DNA of 64,000 bases from a virus (IMGVR_UViG_3300020576_004053:79152-143151); one strand, 5' to 3'. Positions 9,443-20,011 are shown, numbered from the stretch's first letter. Program-made: numbers and translations. Notes: generated by a model from the sequence alone, not told the origin.

Positions 9443-11373
9443 TGTTTTGCATTCCCCACAATATCACGCTCTGGATATTTCAAGAAGAAAATACAAGGAT
9501 CTAATGACGGATATACTACGCCATTTTCAGTGGCGGAATCGATGTCATATAGATATTCTTCATAATCCAATCCGTGCAAATGTCTGTATTTGTTAACAAT
9601 TTTTAACGACGTAACAGATTGCACTCCATCAACAGACGCCAATTCTAGATACACATCATTTAGAATGATCGGCTGGTTAATTTGCCATCTATCAATGTCA
9701 AAAAATTGCTTGATGGAATCAATACAACGCGCCAACACTTCATTCATATTCACATTTTTGAAGCAGATCACGGTAAATTCTACACCAATATTTACCGGGA
9801 AGGCGTCTAAAATACGCACTTCATCAGTTAACAATCTATACTGATCTATATACGTTCGTAAGTTTTTCTTTACTTCAGAGTTGAGACGCGTCAATTTTTT
9901 ACGCTGATCAAATCCTAGTACATACAAATTAACTACGTTAGATCCAACGTTATCAATGACAAATTCACCATTGATGGGAGCTTGAGCATTGGTGTTACGT
10001 AGGATGCCATTAATCTGGTCATCCAGCGTCACAAATGCCTTAGCCACTCCACCAAACTTAGGCGGCATGGAATATGCACGCACAATGTAATCCTGTACAT
10101 TCACCGCACGATTTTGTGAATTGAAGTATGCCAATGCATTTTGACGTATTTCTTCAATAGAATCTCGCCCCTGACCACCGGTAGCGGGTGCAGGATTATT
10201 CACGGCTAACGATGCTACAACGTCGTCATACAACGCACGTTCTGTCGCGGCAAACGCATCTCTAGAATTTAAGGGTTCAATCGTATCAATTTTGGTGATG
10301 CTGTTGGACGGCACATTTGATTCTATACCACCACCCACTACGTAGGTTATGGTCAATTCAGTATTCGATGGAGACAGTCCATATGAACGAGATGACAAGA
10401 AATCGGAGGGATCTAATGTAGTTGATGCTGAATTTGAATAGTATTCAGAGTTGGCAATTTTGGAGGGATCAAGATTTACCGTCGAATCTGTATCGTCCAA
10501 TAAACCCGATCCGAAATGCAATTCTAGTAAAAATGCATCATTATATCGAGTGACAAAACGACGGGGTGTACGTTTGATACGGATCGTATATGCGGGTGGA
10601 ACACCTTCACCAGCTACGACTGTCGCAGACGTATTCTCACGAGCATCAAACACCACATCCTGTGCCAAATAATCTACTTCATACCATGTATTTCCACTAG
10701 TATCCGTTACCGATAGCACACCTAGCACATTGTCATCCGGCAACCGAACCTTTGAAAATTTCTGTGGGTCGCCAAATGTAATCGTATAGGTTTTGATCTC
10801 TCCTGCGATGACCTGTACTTCTTTCTTAATCAAATACATCAATGGCTTACTATTACCATCCACTGCATATACCGTAATCTCTCGGTTCGTCGGATCGGCA
10901 AAATCTACCAGATCTGCCGTTCGAAATGCAATTCCACCGTAATTTGGTGCCGTGACTATTGCATTGGGCGATACTTTGATAAAATATTGTTCGTCTGGTG
11001 CAAAATTACCAATCAGACTTTTTGCGGGACATAACTGATAAATGTCACAAATGGTAGATGCCGCCGTACTCGGCTTAGGCTTGTATCCAAACGCTTGAGA
11101 AATCGCAAGAATGTTATCTTCTTCTTGCGCATAAATCATTAAATTTTCTTTGAATTGCGTATCAATGTAATATCCCAGTACGTCTCCCAAATATGCCGCC
11201 ATTTCAATGAACATCATTCCCGGCGATGCTTCATTAAAATCGGTATATGAATTTGGGAAATACACTTTTGCGTAATCAATAAAACTTTGCTTCCATTGCG
11301 GGAAGATTTTATTGAGATATTTGATATCGCGATTCACAGGAATGAATGAACGATCTAATCTACGAATAGCCAT
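9439..11373 (-). CDS. Baseplate wedge protein (T4 gp6 / baseplate J-like)
   Basis: YTDFNEASPGMMFIEMAAYLGDVL; ATGG..DSIEEIR; QNRAVNVQDY. Confidence 0.88.
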   Translation of the reverse strand: MAIRRLDRSFIPVNRDIKYLNKIFPQWKQSFIDYAKVYFPNSYTDFNEASPGMMFIEMAAYLGDVLGYYIDTQFKENLMIYAQEEDNILAISQAFGYKPKPSTAASTICDIYQLCPAKSLIGNFAPDEQYFIKVSPNAIVTAPNYGGIAFRTADLVDFADPTNREITVYAVDGNSKPLMYLIKKEVQVIAGEIKTYTITFGDPQKFSKVRLPDDNVLGVLSVTDTSGNTWYEVDYLAQDVVFDARENTSATVVAGEGVPPAYTIRIKRTPRRFVTRYNDAFLLELHFGSGLLDDTDSTVNLDPSKIANSEYYSNSASTTLDPSDFLSSRSYGLSPSNTELTITYVVGGGIESNVPSNSITKIDTIEPLNSRDAFAATERALYDDVVASLAVNNPAPATGGQGRDSIEEIRQNALAYFNSQNRAVNVQDYIVRAYSMPPKFGGVAKAFVTLDDQINGILRNTNAQAPINGEFVIDNVGSNVVNLYVLGFDQRKKLTRLNSEVKKNLRTYIDQYRLLTDEVRILDAFPVNIGVEFTVICFKNVNMNEVLARCIDSIKQFFDIDRWQINQPIILNDVYLELASVDGVQSVTSLKIVNKYRHLHGLDYEEYLYDIDSATENGVVYPSLDPCIFFLKYPERDIVGNAKQ

Positions 11374-11747
11374 TAGTATACCAAAACAATAGAGTCTGTT
11401 ATGCCTTCATTTGTCGATAGCCGAAATACAATCTTTACAAATACTTTATTGACATCTTGCTGCAATGTCGTCGTAACTGAATCAACAATAATGAACGGCA
11501 TCCATTCACGCACTGCAGATGCAATTGCAGCACGCACATCTGCCTGAGTATTGTCAGTTTGTGCCTCAAACAATAAAGAGTGAACGTCGCATCCAAACGT
11601 CGGTTGCATCATCCGTTCACCCTTTTTCGTTAACAATAGATTCGTCAGGTTAGATCGCATTTGCTCCATAACCTGCGTAGTTGAGTTAAAATACCCACCA
11701 TATCCTTTTTCTAATGGGAGAACTAATCCAAGAGTTTTAGTAGCCAT
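11373..11747 (-). CDS. Baseplate wedge subunit gp25-like
   Basis: NLLLTKKGERMMQPTFGC..LLFE motif. Confidence 0.9.
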   Translation of the reverse strand: MATKTLGLVLPLEKGYGGYFNSTTQVMEQMRSNLTNLLLTKKGERMMQPTFGCDVHSLLFEAQTDNTQADVRAAIASAVREWMPFIIVDSVTTTLQQDVNKVFVKIVFRLSTNEGITDSIVLVY

Positions 11748-12195
11748 TGTTGCGGAAATTCGGTGCCAACGAGTTCACCGTCTTTAAATCTTGAGAGTAA
11801 TTCTTGTTCATTGCTCTAATGATGAAATCCGGCACCGCTTCAGGTGGAATAGGAATTTGATTACCGCTTTCCGTCAATGCCTTGGTTGGAATATTAAGGT
11901 TCTCCCGACCCGCTGCACCATGACTAGCACGGAAGTTTTGTGCAATCTCGTTACGCGTTATTGGCATGGTAGGATACGGTTCATACCCAGACGTACTTTC
12001 CATCAATGTTCTACGCTTATGAGAATTGTCTACAACATCGATGTCATCCGGTTCCATGGTTACATGGGATTCCATGATAATACCCGCCAAAGACTCTTTA
12101 ATGAGTTTTGGTAGAATAGTTGGCAATACTCGCTTCATTTCTTTTCGTACAATTGCTTCAACTAAACGTACTAGTTGATCATTTTTATTAGACAT
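11737..12195 (-). CDS. Hypothetical protein
   Basis: 152 aa ORF in operon. Confidence 0.7.
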   Translation of the reverse strand: MSNKNDQLVRLVEAIVRKEMKRVLPTILPKLIKESLAGIIMESHVTMEPDDIDVVDNSHKRRTLMESTSGYEPYPTMPITRNEIAQNFRASHGAAGRENLNIPTKALTESGNQIPIPPEAVPDFIIRAMNKNYSQDLKTVNSLAPNFRNNGY

Positions 12196-12204
12196 GAACA
12201 GTCC

Positions 12205-13554
12205 TCATTTTTTAATGTATCCCACTGAACTATTAAACGATGCAAATTTACCAGTCGCCACATCAACCTTTAACTTAGTCAATGCCTGAATAACTTTTGG
12301 AGATAATACCCCCGGTCCCATCGATGTAATTACGTGGGACGCCGCATTCGTTAAATGTGCATCGATAAACGCTTCTAGAAACTTTGCCAACGTAGCTCCT
12401 GCCGGAATTGGCTCAGTTTCATCTGACCGCATACCTACATATACTTTCGGTGAAATAAACGAATGCCGACTTCCAGCCGTCGATTCTACAAACCCCTTTG
12501 TATCAAAAATGGTATTACGACCGACCTTATACAACATATCACGCCCAATAGTTACCTTAGTATCTCGTTCGATCTTAGATACGTAGTCTCGACCGGCGTC
12601 TACCGTGAAATCTACTACCGTTGTCCAGTGAATACCTTTCTTAGAAAATCCAAAAATCTTATCGGTCTTAGTATTTACTACGAACCGATCCGTGTTTATA
12701 ATTATCTGGTTTTTATCAAGTTTGGCAGGAAATTCATCAATTGACGCGCCATGGACCGAATTTCCTTTCGTCGCATAGGTTAATGGGACGATTTGGTCTT
12801 CAGTTAGATAGATCGATGACTTGTCTTCATTGATATCCTCTTTAACCAACCCATATCTAGACGGACACGATCTAGGAGCCGACGCCCATGGCCCCACTCG
12901 TAGTAGTAAATTGGCCGCTTGGTCCTTTACAGACGATTTGAAGGTAGATTTAGGTTCATTGGTCCATGCCGCCCCTAGTCGTATTGATGAGCCGGAACGA
13001 CCTTCAAAAATGACATCCCCCTCATCGTGCCGTAACCGATATACACTTTCTTGATCGACGAAATACGATCCCAATCGATTGGCCGGATCGGACGCACCTA
13101 CCTTTGTCGGATTGGACACAGACTGTTTAAACGACTGCGCCCGTGTAGAATCATCCACGGGCGACTGTAATTCCGCCTCAATTCCAACCATCGGATGGGA
13201 CGTTACCCGATTAGAGGTATTTATTTTGTGAGTATAATACGTTCTGTTTAACGACGGTATGATATGCACAATCTCATTGATCATCGGATATTCAGAATAA
13301 TTTGTTTCCAATGGGAACGCCCAGTGTAATTGGGCATCATTCCGGTATGACTGATGTTTCAATGCTCGGTATTTAATCACACCGATATTATAACCATCGA
13401 CGCTATATTCTGGGTGGGAATCATTAACAATGACATCCAGTACCACCGCTTCTATAATCTGGTCCGTCTCAACTCTAGGACCAAGTACATCGGTAGGGCT
13501 GAATGGATTATGGGCACTCAATGGATTAATGATCCGTCGCCCATTATTTCCCAT
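12205..13554 (-). CDS. Baseplate hub/spike protein (gp5-like)
   Basis: EGDVIFEGRSGSSIRLG motif; C-terminal beta-helix-like repeats; upstream of gp25. Confidence 0.65.
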   Translation of the reverse strand: MGNNGRRIINPLSAHNPFSPTDVLGPRVETDQIIEAVVLDVIVNDSHPEYSVDGYNIGVIKYRALKHQSYRNDAQLHWAFPLETNYSEYPMINEIVHIIPSLNRTYYTHKINTSNRVTSHPMVGIEAELQSPVDDSTRAQSFKQSVSNPTKVGASDPANRLGSYFVDQESVYRLRHDEGDVIFEGRSGSSIRLGAAWTNEPKSTFKSSVKDQAANLLLRVGPWASAPRSCPSRYGLVKEDINEDKSSIYLTEDQIVPLTYATKGNSVHGASIDEFPAKLDKNQIIINTDRFVVNTKTDKIFGFSKKGIHWTTVVDFTVDAGRDYVSKIERDTKVTIGRDMLYKVGRNTIFDTKGFVESTAGSRHSFISPKVYVGMRSDETEPIPAGATLAKFLEAFIDAHLTNAASHVITSMGPGVLSPKVIQALTKLKVDVATGKFASFNSSVGYIKK

Positions 13555-13942
13555 CGGTCTTCTCCACTAATCTAGCCGGTTGCACGGATTCAATCTCCAC
13601 CAACCCAGATTCTAAGTCAACCATAGCCGCCTTTAGCAGTGCCTGACGTTCTGCAGCACTAAGAATCTCGCTCACATCCCCAGAACCACCGGCAGATTCC
13701 GCTGCAATAATTCGCTGAACCACCGTCGCAATTTTAAGCAAGTGTTCGTCATTTCTACCAAGTACATCCAGATATTCTTTAAGCACTGGCGCAAGCATGA
13801 CTGCGGTGTCTAGATCACAAATCATTTTACGGATTTGATCAATGACATCGGTTAAAATTGCCCGTCTGCTCTGTGAATGTGAATACACATCCTTCAATAG
13901 ACCGGATAGATCTTTATCGTCAAATATTTTAGTGTCTTTCAT
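13544..13942 (-). CDS. Conserved phage hypothetical protein
   Basis: 132 aa; late-promoter-like CCTATTTAT at ~13961-13969. Confidence 0.7.
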   Translation of the reverse strand: MKDTKIFDDKDLSGLLKDVYSHSQSRRAILTDVIDQIRKMICDLDTAVMLAPVLKEYLDVLGRNDEHLLKIATVVQRIIAAESAGGSGDVSEILSAAERQALLKAAMVDLESGLVEIESVQPARLVEKTDGK

Positions 13943-13977
13943 AGAATATACCCCATTCTAATAAATAGGACTATACC

Positions 13978-14700
13978 CTATTTTGTACGATGTCCTACCG
14001 TACCATATTCCATAAATTCTTCATATTGGTATGCAGTGATATCTCGCATCTTATTCACCACCCTCGTGATATACGACGTTTTGCAATTCGTTATCTCTCG
14101 GATCATGATATATAATGCCTTTTTATTGAAGTTTTCGATCCCATTGGCATTCTTCATTAGCTCTACTACCGCCATGGCAATCTCGGCATCCCGCTGTTTT
14201 TTAAAGATACGGTTGACATTTTTCTGCCAATAATCGATTAACAGCGCCACGAATTCAACCACATCATCACCACGTCGTTCATCCGGAGCTTCCAATGACA
14301 ACATCTCTTCTATCGACACGTTAGACGAATCACAATCATATAGCGAAATAGATCGCTTCTGTTGCGTATATGCGTTGTTATTGTGTAGGATGAGATAATT
14401 TTTGGCGATGACAGAAAAATATGAAAATGCTTTACCTTTATCCTGTGTGTATTTTGATAAATTGATAGCTAAGTACGAAATAACTTGTCGCTTTGTCTCT
14501 TCAAAGGATTGGGTCTGCTGTAAATATGGAAACTTAAAACGATTGATGACGTTCTCAGCCAGCTTATTCAGCGGATATTGGATATGATCAATGTAGATCT
14601 TCTCACGTTCTACGGAATCAAACGACTCATTATATGCGATAATTGCTTTCTGGGTCTGCTCAGTAAAATATACTTTGTTGTTCGGTTCAGTTGTTGTCAT
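13978..14700 (-). CDS. Putative late-transcription sigma factor (gp55-like)
   Basis: KLAENVINRFKF; KGKAFSYFSVIAKNYLI sigma region-2-like motif; start chosen at MTTTEP. Confidence 0.6.
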   Translation of the reverse strand: MTTTEPNNKVYFTEQTQKAIIAYNESFDSVEREKIYIDHIQYPLNKLAENVINRFKFPYLQQTQSFEETKRQVISYLAINLSKYTQDKGKAFSYFSVIAKNYLILHNNNAYTQQKRSISLYDCDSSNVSIEEMLSLEAPDERRGDDVVEFVALLIDYWQKNVNRIFKKQRDAEIAMAVVELMKNANGIENFNKKALYIMIREITNCKTSYITRVVNKMRDITAYQYEEFMEYGTVGHRTK

Positions 14701-14977
14701 TATCTTCCTCAGTAAAAAATGCATTTAACGAATCTACTATCGCCAACATCGTCTTAAACACTCCTCCTACTTCATCAGTAGCTTCAAATGCACCACGTAA
14801 ATCGATTGCCCGCATACTCGCAACCGCAACAACAATCTTTTCATTAATAGCAGATAACATGTTGTCACGATCATATATCATCTTTTCCATTATTTCGTTT
14901 TTACGCAATAGATTGAAAATGATGAACCCAAATAATAGATACGATAGAATTAGAATAACAGATAGTAGTATTATCAT
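14687..14977 (-). CDS. Membrane-anchored hypothetical protein
   Basis: N-terminal TM helix; coupled ATGA overlap. Confidence 0.65.
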   Translation of the reverse strand: MIILLSVILILSYLLFGFIIFNLLRKNEIMEKMIYDRDNMLSAINEKIVVAVASMRAIDLRGAFEATDEVGGVFKTMLAIVDSLNAFFTEEDNDNN

Positions 14978-15717
14978 AATGTACTCATAGATGAATAGGA
15001 TTGATTCTGTGCTCGCTGACGGACGAAGGTCTTCTGATGCCACAATGCATATTCAAGTTCTGGTGGCAACACGCCTAAATTTTTGTATCCTGTCAATTGT
15101 TCATGCACAGCTTTTGACCACACGATGGCCGGATCTGCTTTATATAAACGCACCTGATAATCTGGCCACGCTACGACCGGATCACGAATGACTATCTCAG
15201 AATCTGTTTCCGATTGTATCAACCCATAATTTACCCACAAGGCAACTTGATCCATCGGCACCGGTTTATGATGCACGGACGAAATTTCTGGAAATGACGT
15301 AACGCTACAGCCCCATTCCTTCACATACCATAGCGGTAGTTCATCAATCAGATTGACGCGAGGAATGGCATATGCGTCGTAGTCAGGATTAGCATCGATC
15401 AAATCTTTGAAATAACAAAACAGATCCAATGAAATCGCCTCGTCAGCATCTAAATTCAAAATCCATGGGGCCGACGCCAGTGATGACATATACGTTTTAT
15501 GTGCACCAAAATTCCCATTTACGGCATGGGAAAATACATGTATTTTATCACGATGCTTGTTAAATGCGTCTAATATACTAGGATGATCCGAGTGATCATC
15601 TACTACAATAATTTCAGATTCAAATGGTGCCGCCTCTGTGATGGCAACCAAATTATCCAGCAATGAAGGAATATATTCTACTTCATTGTGAGTGCCTACA
15701 ATAACCGATACCTGCAT
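14974..15717 (-). CDS. Glycosyltransferase family 2
   Basis: VSVIVGTHNE, IIVVDDHSD, ILNLDADE (DxD). Confidence 0.88.
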   Translation of the reverse strand: MQVSVIVGTHNEVEYIPSLLDNLVAITEAAPFESEIIVVDDHSDHPSILDAFNKHRDKIHVFSHAVNGNFGAHKTYMSSLASAPWILNLDADEAISLDLFCYFKDLIDANPDYDAYAIPRVNLIDELPLWYVKEWGCSVTSFPEISSVHHKPVPMDQVALWVNYGLIQSETDSEIVIRDPVVAWPDYQVRLYKADPAIVWSKAVHEQLTGYKNLGVLPPELEYALWHQKTFVRQRAQNQSYSSMSTL

Positions 15718-15719
15718 AG

Positions 15720-16637
15720 TTACTCTCCGATATTAATACCATACCGTTTACGAAAGTTCAGTTCGTCCTCTGTCAATTGAGGTTCTTCTGGTGGTGGCTG
15801 AACTACGTCTGTTGGAGTATCAATCGCTTCTACAACAGGTAGGATCAGATCTTCCGGTAATGGCGCTTCTGGTAATATATCCCGATTTATAGGGGTATTG
15901 ATAGAGGTGTCGCGTAATGAATTATATGCAATCAATAGTGTTATCGATAGCGGATCAAATACTAATACGATAGACAGGATAAACCATCGCACAATAGTAT
16001 CTAACGGTACGCCTAACATGTCTGCTACATAATAAAATGTACCGATTTTGGATGACGTGGAAATGGAGGATTTCAGGCGAGTTGCTTCAAACTGCAAACT
16101 ATCATACGTAGTAGACACTGCCATAAGCTGAGATTGTAGCTTATCTACTTGCGTATTTTGTTGCTGCACAGTTTTCTGCTGTGTAATGAATCCAGACTTT
16201 CCCACCATCCCATCCAATCGATTTTCCTGTTGACGGAGCAATGCGGTTGATTGGACTAACTGAGTGCTCAAACGATCTTTCGATGACAGCAATGATTGTT
16301 GTTGCGAGGAAATAGCTGCAATCTGCGCTTCAGTCGAGGTTATTCCTGATGCAGATGCGGCATATGCAGATGACAGATACCCATATACGCCCACGCTCGT
16401 AATGCTCATCAGCACAATCGATGCTATGACATAGTATATACGTAACAGTTTGCTAATATGTTGCCACCGTCTATATAAAAACGAAACAACGACGAGCTTT
16501 CCAACTTCTAAAGCCGTCGCCATAATCATTGCCGATATAGTCGCACCCGTAAATAACTGACCTATTCCAGTTATTGAAAAATAACCAGCGCATGATGCAA
16601 TTAGTAACGCAGTGAACAATACAATATATACAAACAT
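15720..16637 (-). CDS. Membrane protein with coiled coil
   Basis: 3 N-terminal TM helices (ALEVGK), coiled coil, C-terminal TM with VFDPL. Confidence 0.75.
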   Translation of the reverse strand: MFVYIVLFTALLIASCAGYFSITGIGQLFTGATISAMIMATALEVGKLVVVSFLYRRWQHISKLLRIYYVIASIVLMSITSVGVYGYLSSAYAASASGITSTEAQIAAISSQQQSLLSSKDRLSTQLVQSTALLRQQENRLDGMVGKSGFITQQKTVQQQNTQVDKLQSQLMAVSTTYDSLQFEATRLKSSISTSSKIGTFYYVADMLGVPLDTIVRWFILSIVLVFDPLSITLLIAYNSLRDTSINTPINRDILPEAPLPEDLILPVVEAIDTPTDVVQPPPEEPQLTEDELNFRKRYGINIGE

Positions 16638-16652
16638 GTGTTATCCTAAAAG

Positions 16653-16678
16653 AAACAGGGGATTTTCATCCCCTGTTT
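16653..16678 (-). terminator. Intrinsic terminator hairpin
   Basis: aaacagggga...tcccctgttt inverted repeat with T-tract on the minus strand. Confidence 0.65.
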
Positions 16679-16719
16679 GTTTATAAGTCAAGAAGAAACC
16701 TTTGAAGGATCACCCCCGG

Positions 16720-16812
16720 TTAGGCAGCAAAAGGTTCTGGTTGACTATTAGAAGACGTTGGTTCGTCACATTGAGAACAGATTAACAGATTACAAAATGC
16801 ACAACACGCCAT
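16720..16812 (-). CDS. Small Cys-rich peptide (30 aa) ending in FAA
   Basis: GGAG SD; MACCAFCNLLICSQCDEPTSSNSQPEPFAA*; late-promoter-like CCTATTTAT upstream and terminator downstream. Confidence 0.5.
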   Translation of the reverse strand: MACCAFCNLLICSQCDEPTSSNSQPEPFAA

Positions 16813-16868
16813 TGTACGCTCCGGTTAAAGTAAATCCCTACCCAAATAAATAGGTTGGGGTATTTTTT

Positions 16869-17567
16869 TTACTCATCATCGCCCAAAAGCTGTAATACCT
16901 GATGTTTTTCAATAATGGTCGCCATATGATCCGCCCAATGCAAAATATACGGTAACGCGGTACGAATCGGAAATGGGTCGTTGTTCATCAAGTATTTCTT
17001 GTTGGCATCATCATAATTACCATCTGCCAACTTGATACCCAACATCTCGTTAGTCGTATATGAGATCCCATACTGATTTAGCCACATCATGGTATTATCA
17101 TAGACGGAGAAGAATGGCGCTTCATCATTCTTCTTGAACATTTCGCCTAACGTCTTTTTATGCCAATCACTTGTCTGCTTGACATAATAGGGAGCTTCAT
17201 CGTTTCCAAGCTTACCCAAATCATGATTCAACGCCGCAAATACCAGTTCTTCCTTGGTAAACGTGACATGTCCACCATTCTTTTTATACATCGATGCCAT
17301 GGACACCGCCAACTTTGTCACGCGCAGAATATGCGAAACATATCCACCGGCATAGGCACTGTGAAAATATGAGCGGGTAGAGGCGGGTGATTGCACGATC
17401 CGATCTTTCAGATCCGTATATAGCAGCGTTAGTTTATCCGCTCGGTCTGGATCGGACGTACCAAACGTAGTTTTGACCAACTCCAACAATTCTGTGAAGT
17501 CCGCTTCGGCCTGTGCGGGATCTTCCAGTTGGGTCATACAGGCAGTTGCAAATGCGACAATTGACAT
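16869..17567 (-). CDS. HD-domain phosphohydrolase (YhaM-like)
   Basis: PAS..FHSAYAGG..H; ALNHDLGK; LHWADH. Confidence 0.85.
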   Translation of the reverse strand: MSIVAFATACMTQLEDPAQAEADFTELLELVKTTFGTSDPDRADKLTLLYTDLKDRIVQSPASTRSYFHSAYAGGYVSHILRVTKLAVSMASMYKKNGGHVTFTKEELVFAALNHDLGKLGNDEAPYYVKQTSDWHKKTLGEMFKKNDEAPFFSVYDNTMMWLNQYGISYTTNEMLGIKLADGNYDDANKKYLMNNDPFPIRTALPYILHWADHMATIIEKHQVLQLLGDDE

Positions 17568-17657
17568 AATACTCCTTGAAGGTGATGCACAAAACATACA
17601 AAATTTTGCACCCCTACGCAAGTAAAACGGGGACACCGTGTTGATGTCCCCGTTTAC

Positions 17658-18161
17658 TTATTTACGTTCCATGTGCATTCGATGTTGAATTTCATATGTC
17701 GTTGGAACCCGAGGTGGCGTCAACAACTTCATATTGGTATCTTCCAACAGGGAATTACCCTTCTTGTTGTTACATCGATTACATGCCGTAACCAAGTTCA
17801 TCCACACGTCCTGACCACCCTTGTCTTGTGGATGAATATGATCTCTGGTCAACGATTCCTTATTTGACAGTTCGGTTTTGTGACGACCGCAGTACTGACA
17901 GGTGTAGTTATCGCGGAGAAACAGGTTACGATTGTTCACCATAGCGGGCACGTGCTGATTTCCGGCCTTCACCATCTTCTTCAGCACGATCCGAACCGGC
18001 ACTGGATAGATATCATCAAACGAGCGGAAACACAGCGTAGGATGCTCTTCTAGCAGCGTTGCCTTGCCCTTGATAACCAACTGCAGTGCCCGTCGAAATG
18101 AAACCGGCTTTAATCGCTCGTATGTTAAGTTTAGAACTTCACACCTGTGTCTCTCCCACAT
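17658..18161 (-). CDS. HNH endonuclease (McrA-like)
   Basis: RDNYTCQYCG...TRDHIHP..KGG...NLVTACNRCNNKKG. Confidence 0.9.
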   Translation of the reverse strand: MWERHRCEVLNLTYERLKPVSFRRALQLVIKGKATLLEEHPTLCFRSFDDIYPVPVRIVLKKMVKAGNQHVPAMVNNRNLFLRDNYTCQYCGRHKTELSNKESLTRDHIHPQDKGGQDVWMNLVTACNRCNNKKGNSLLEDTNMKLLTPPRVPTTYEIQHRMHMERK

Positions 18162-18163
18162 AA

Positions 18164-18490
18164 CTACTCCCTATATTTCGTCTCTTCTATGAGGACTTGT
18201 GCTAAGTGTTTACGTAAGTATTTATCAGCCAACTGTGCATACTCGTACTGCTCTCTGCTTATGAACGACTCTTTCAAATACGAAAGTTTCATTGCATAGT
18301 CAGCGCGAACAATCTTTGCTACATTATCTGTATTCTTAATCACAAATAATATAGTTTCATCCCAGTCAGATCGGATCGCTACCATCAACCGCTTTAGTAT
18401 AAACACATCAAGGACTTCGACGTGAGTCTGCATAAAGCTCGGTAAACTCTCTAATGAGAAAGGATAAACGATAGGTTGTGTCACTTGCAT
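18164..18490 (-). CDS. Hypothetical protein
   Basis: 108 aa, C-terminal EQYEYAQ UVR-like motif. Confidence 0.6.
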   Translation of the reverse strand: MQVTQPIVYPFSLESLPSFMQTHVEVLDVFILKRLMVAIRSDWDETILFVIKNTDNVAKIVRADYAMKLSYLKESFISREQYEYAQLADKYLRKHLAQVLIEETKYRE

Positions 18491-18819
18491 TGTTTCATTC
18501 CTGCTGAGGTTATTTTAGCCGACACCTTTGTAGTCACCGGATGTGATGCATCAACCAGCACACCACTATGATATACCAGTCCTGATGGAGAAATGTACTC
18601 CTTTTTCTTCTGCCATCCTCTAGGACGTTTTTCCAACGGTTTCTTTTCTACAACAGCGGGTGGATCTATCATCTGTGCAACGCATATCCAACATGTCACC
18701 GCTTTCACATACCCCGCCACATCATATACCATTCGACGGCATTCCGAACACGCCAGATCGATTCGTCCTGATGCAGATTCAGCTTCTTTTGCTGTGAGTT
18801 TGTGAACGCTACGTTTCAT
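18481..18819 (-). CDS. Zn-ribbon hypothetical protein
   Basis: CxxC...CxxC then RPRGW. Confidence 0.65.
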   Translation of the reverse strand: MKRSVHKLTAKEAESASGRIDLACSECRRMVYDVAGYVKAVTCWICVAQMIDPPAVVEKKPLEKRPRGWQKKKEYISPSGLVYHSGVLVDASHPVTTKVSAKITSAGMKQCK

Positions 18820-19004
18820 GGATTCATCCGCTTTAGCTGCCGTGCAATTACCATATTGAGTTTCGGTACAATAATTTCACGCTGCTCAGACGATAAGGAT
18901 CGTGTAAACAGAATAGCGTATTTTTGCGCCGAAATCAACTGCCCCACCGTATGCGTGCTACAAATAACCTTTATAACCTTCCCATAAATAGTCTGGATAG
19001 ACAT
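18816..19004 (-). CDS. Hypothetical protein
   Basis: GGAG SD before MSIQTIY. Confidence 0.55.
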   Translation of the reverse strand: MSIQTIYGKVIKVICSTHTVGQLISAQKYAILFTRSLSSEQREIIVPKLNMVIARQLKRMNP

Positions 19005-19070
19005 AGTTATTCTCCAAATAAAAAGCCACCCCATATTGAGGTGGCTTTCAGTTACTACGTCTATGCGGGA

Positions 19071-19403
19071 TTATTCCGTTAGCGTAGGAAAGGAAGTTGA
19101 CACTGAATACGTTCCAGAGGGACGATCTGCCCCACCATAGTATTCTGCGGCCACATCAACGATGATTTGTGTAAACGCTTTGTCACGCTGTAGTTCATGT
19201 AGTTTCTTGAGAAGATTCGCAATATCTTCATCGATACTGTTAATCTGATTTTGACCGTGGTCGTGCGCTCCTCGCAAAATATTCATACCAACTCGCACGT
19301 TATTTTGAGTTGATTGAACAGATGATCCCATCACAGGACCATCTTCAGCTACGTCAGCATCAACGACCGATGTTTTTCGAAGATTTAAAAGCGGTGTTGC
19401 CAC
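19071..19403 (-). CDS. Hypothetical protein
   Basis: 110 aa; hairpin terminator at ~19022-19048. Confidence 0.6.
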   Translation of the reverse strand: MATPLLNLRKTSVVDADVAEDGPVMGSSVQSTQNNVRVGMNILRGAHDHGQNQINSIDEDIANLLKKLHELQRDKAFTQIIVDVAAEYYGGADRPSGTYSVSTSFPTLTE

Positions 19404-19415
19404 GATAAATTCCGG

Positions 19416-19640
19416 TTAAAGAGAACTGGAACGAAGTATGTTGCAGAACGATACCATCTGGTCATGCGTCATCTTGTTTTTAGCATGGTTTGCAGCGATG
19501 CTAACAAACTGAATGTTATCCAACTCGTATCCGCGTGACGAATCTATCCGATCCAACGATGCTGTATATAACGGATCGGTCGTTCCTTTTTTATGATTTG
19601 GGTGGTATAGTTTAACGCCAGTGTACACACACTCACCACG
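19416..19640 (-). pseudogene. C-terminal remnant of a homing endonuclease
   Basis: CVYTG...ASLDRIDSSRGYELDNIQFV..AAN.AK motif; the only in-frame start lies inside the tmRNA. Confidence 0.6.
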
Positions 19641-19663
19641 TGGAGACTGCCGAAAATGAACAA

Positions 19664-20011
19664 TGGAGGTGTTGGGAGTCGAACCCAAGTCTCAGATATA
19701 CTACAACAACATCCTTCTACGTGTGTAGTCGATTTTCAATTTTCTCGACTTATCCAAATCGACAAATGGAGCCGAGAGTATGTTGCTTGGTCTTACTACA
19801 CATTCTGCAACATATCCTGTGTAGGCGTCTTGATGTCATACATTCCTTATCCCTCAAGCGGAGGCATCGGAACGTGCTTTACTGCAAATTACGCAGCGAG
19901 AGCAAGGCGAGTGTTAGTGCCAGTTAAGTTTTTTGATAGATTTTTACGAGTTTCCATCAACTCGACACGCCAAACGTCACTTCGCAACCTGATCGAAGCC
20001 AAGGCACCCCC
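19664..20011 (-). ncRNA. ssrA: tmRNA, tag (A)GTNTRLALAA
   Basis: 5' GGGGGTG pairs with 3' CACCTCC-A (G3.U70, A73); T-loop GGTTCGACTCC; resume context TTAACT-GGC; tag ORF 19921-19889 ends LAA-TAA. Confidence 0.95.
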
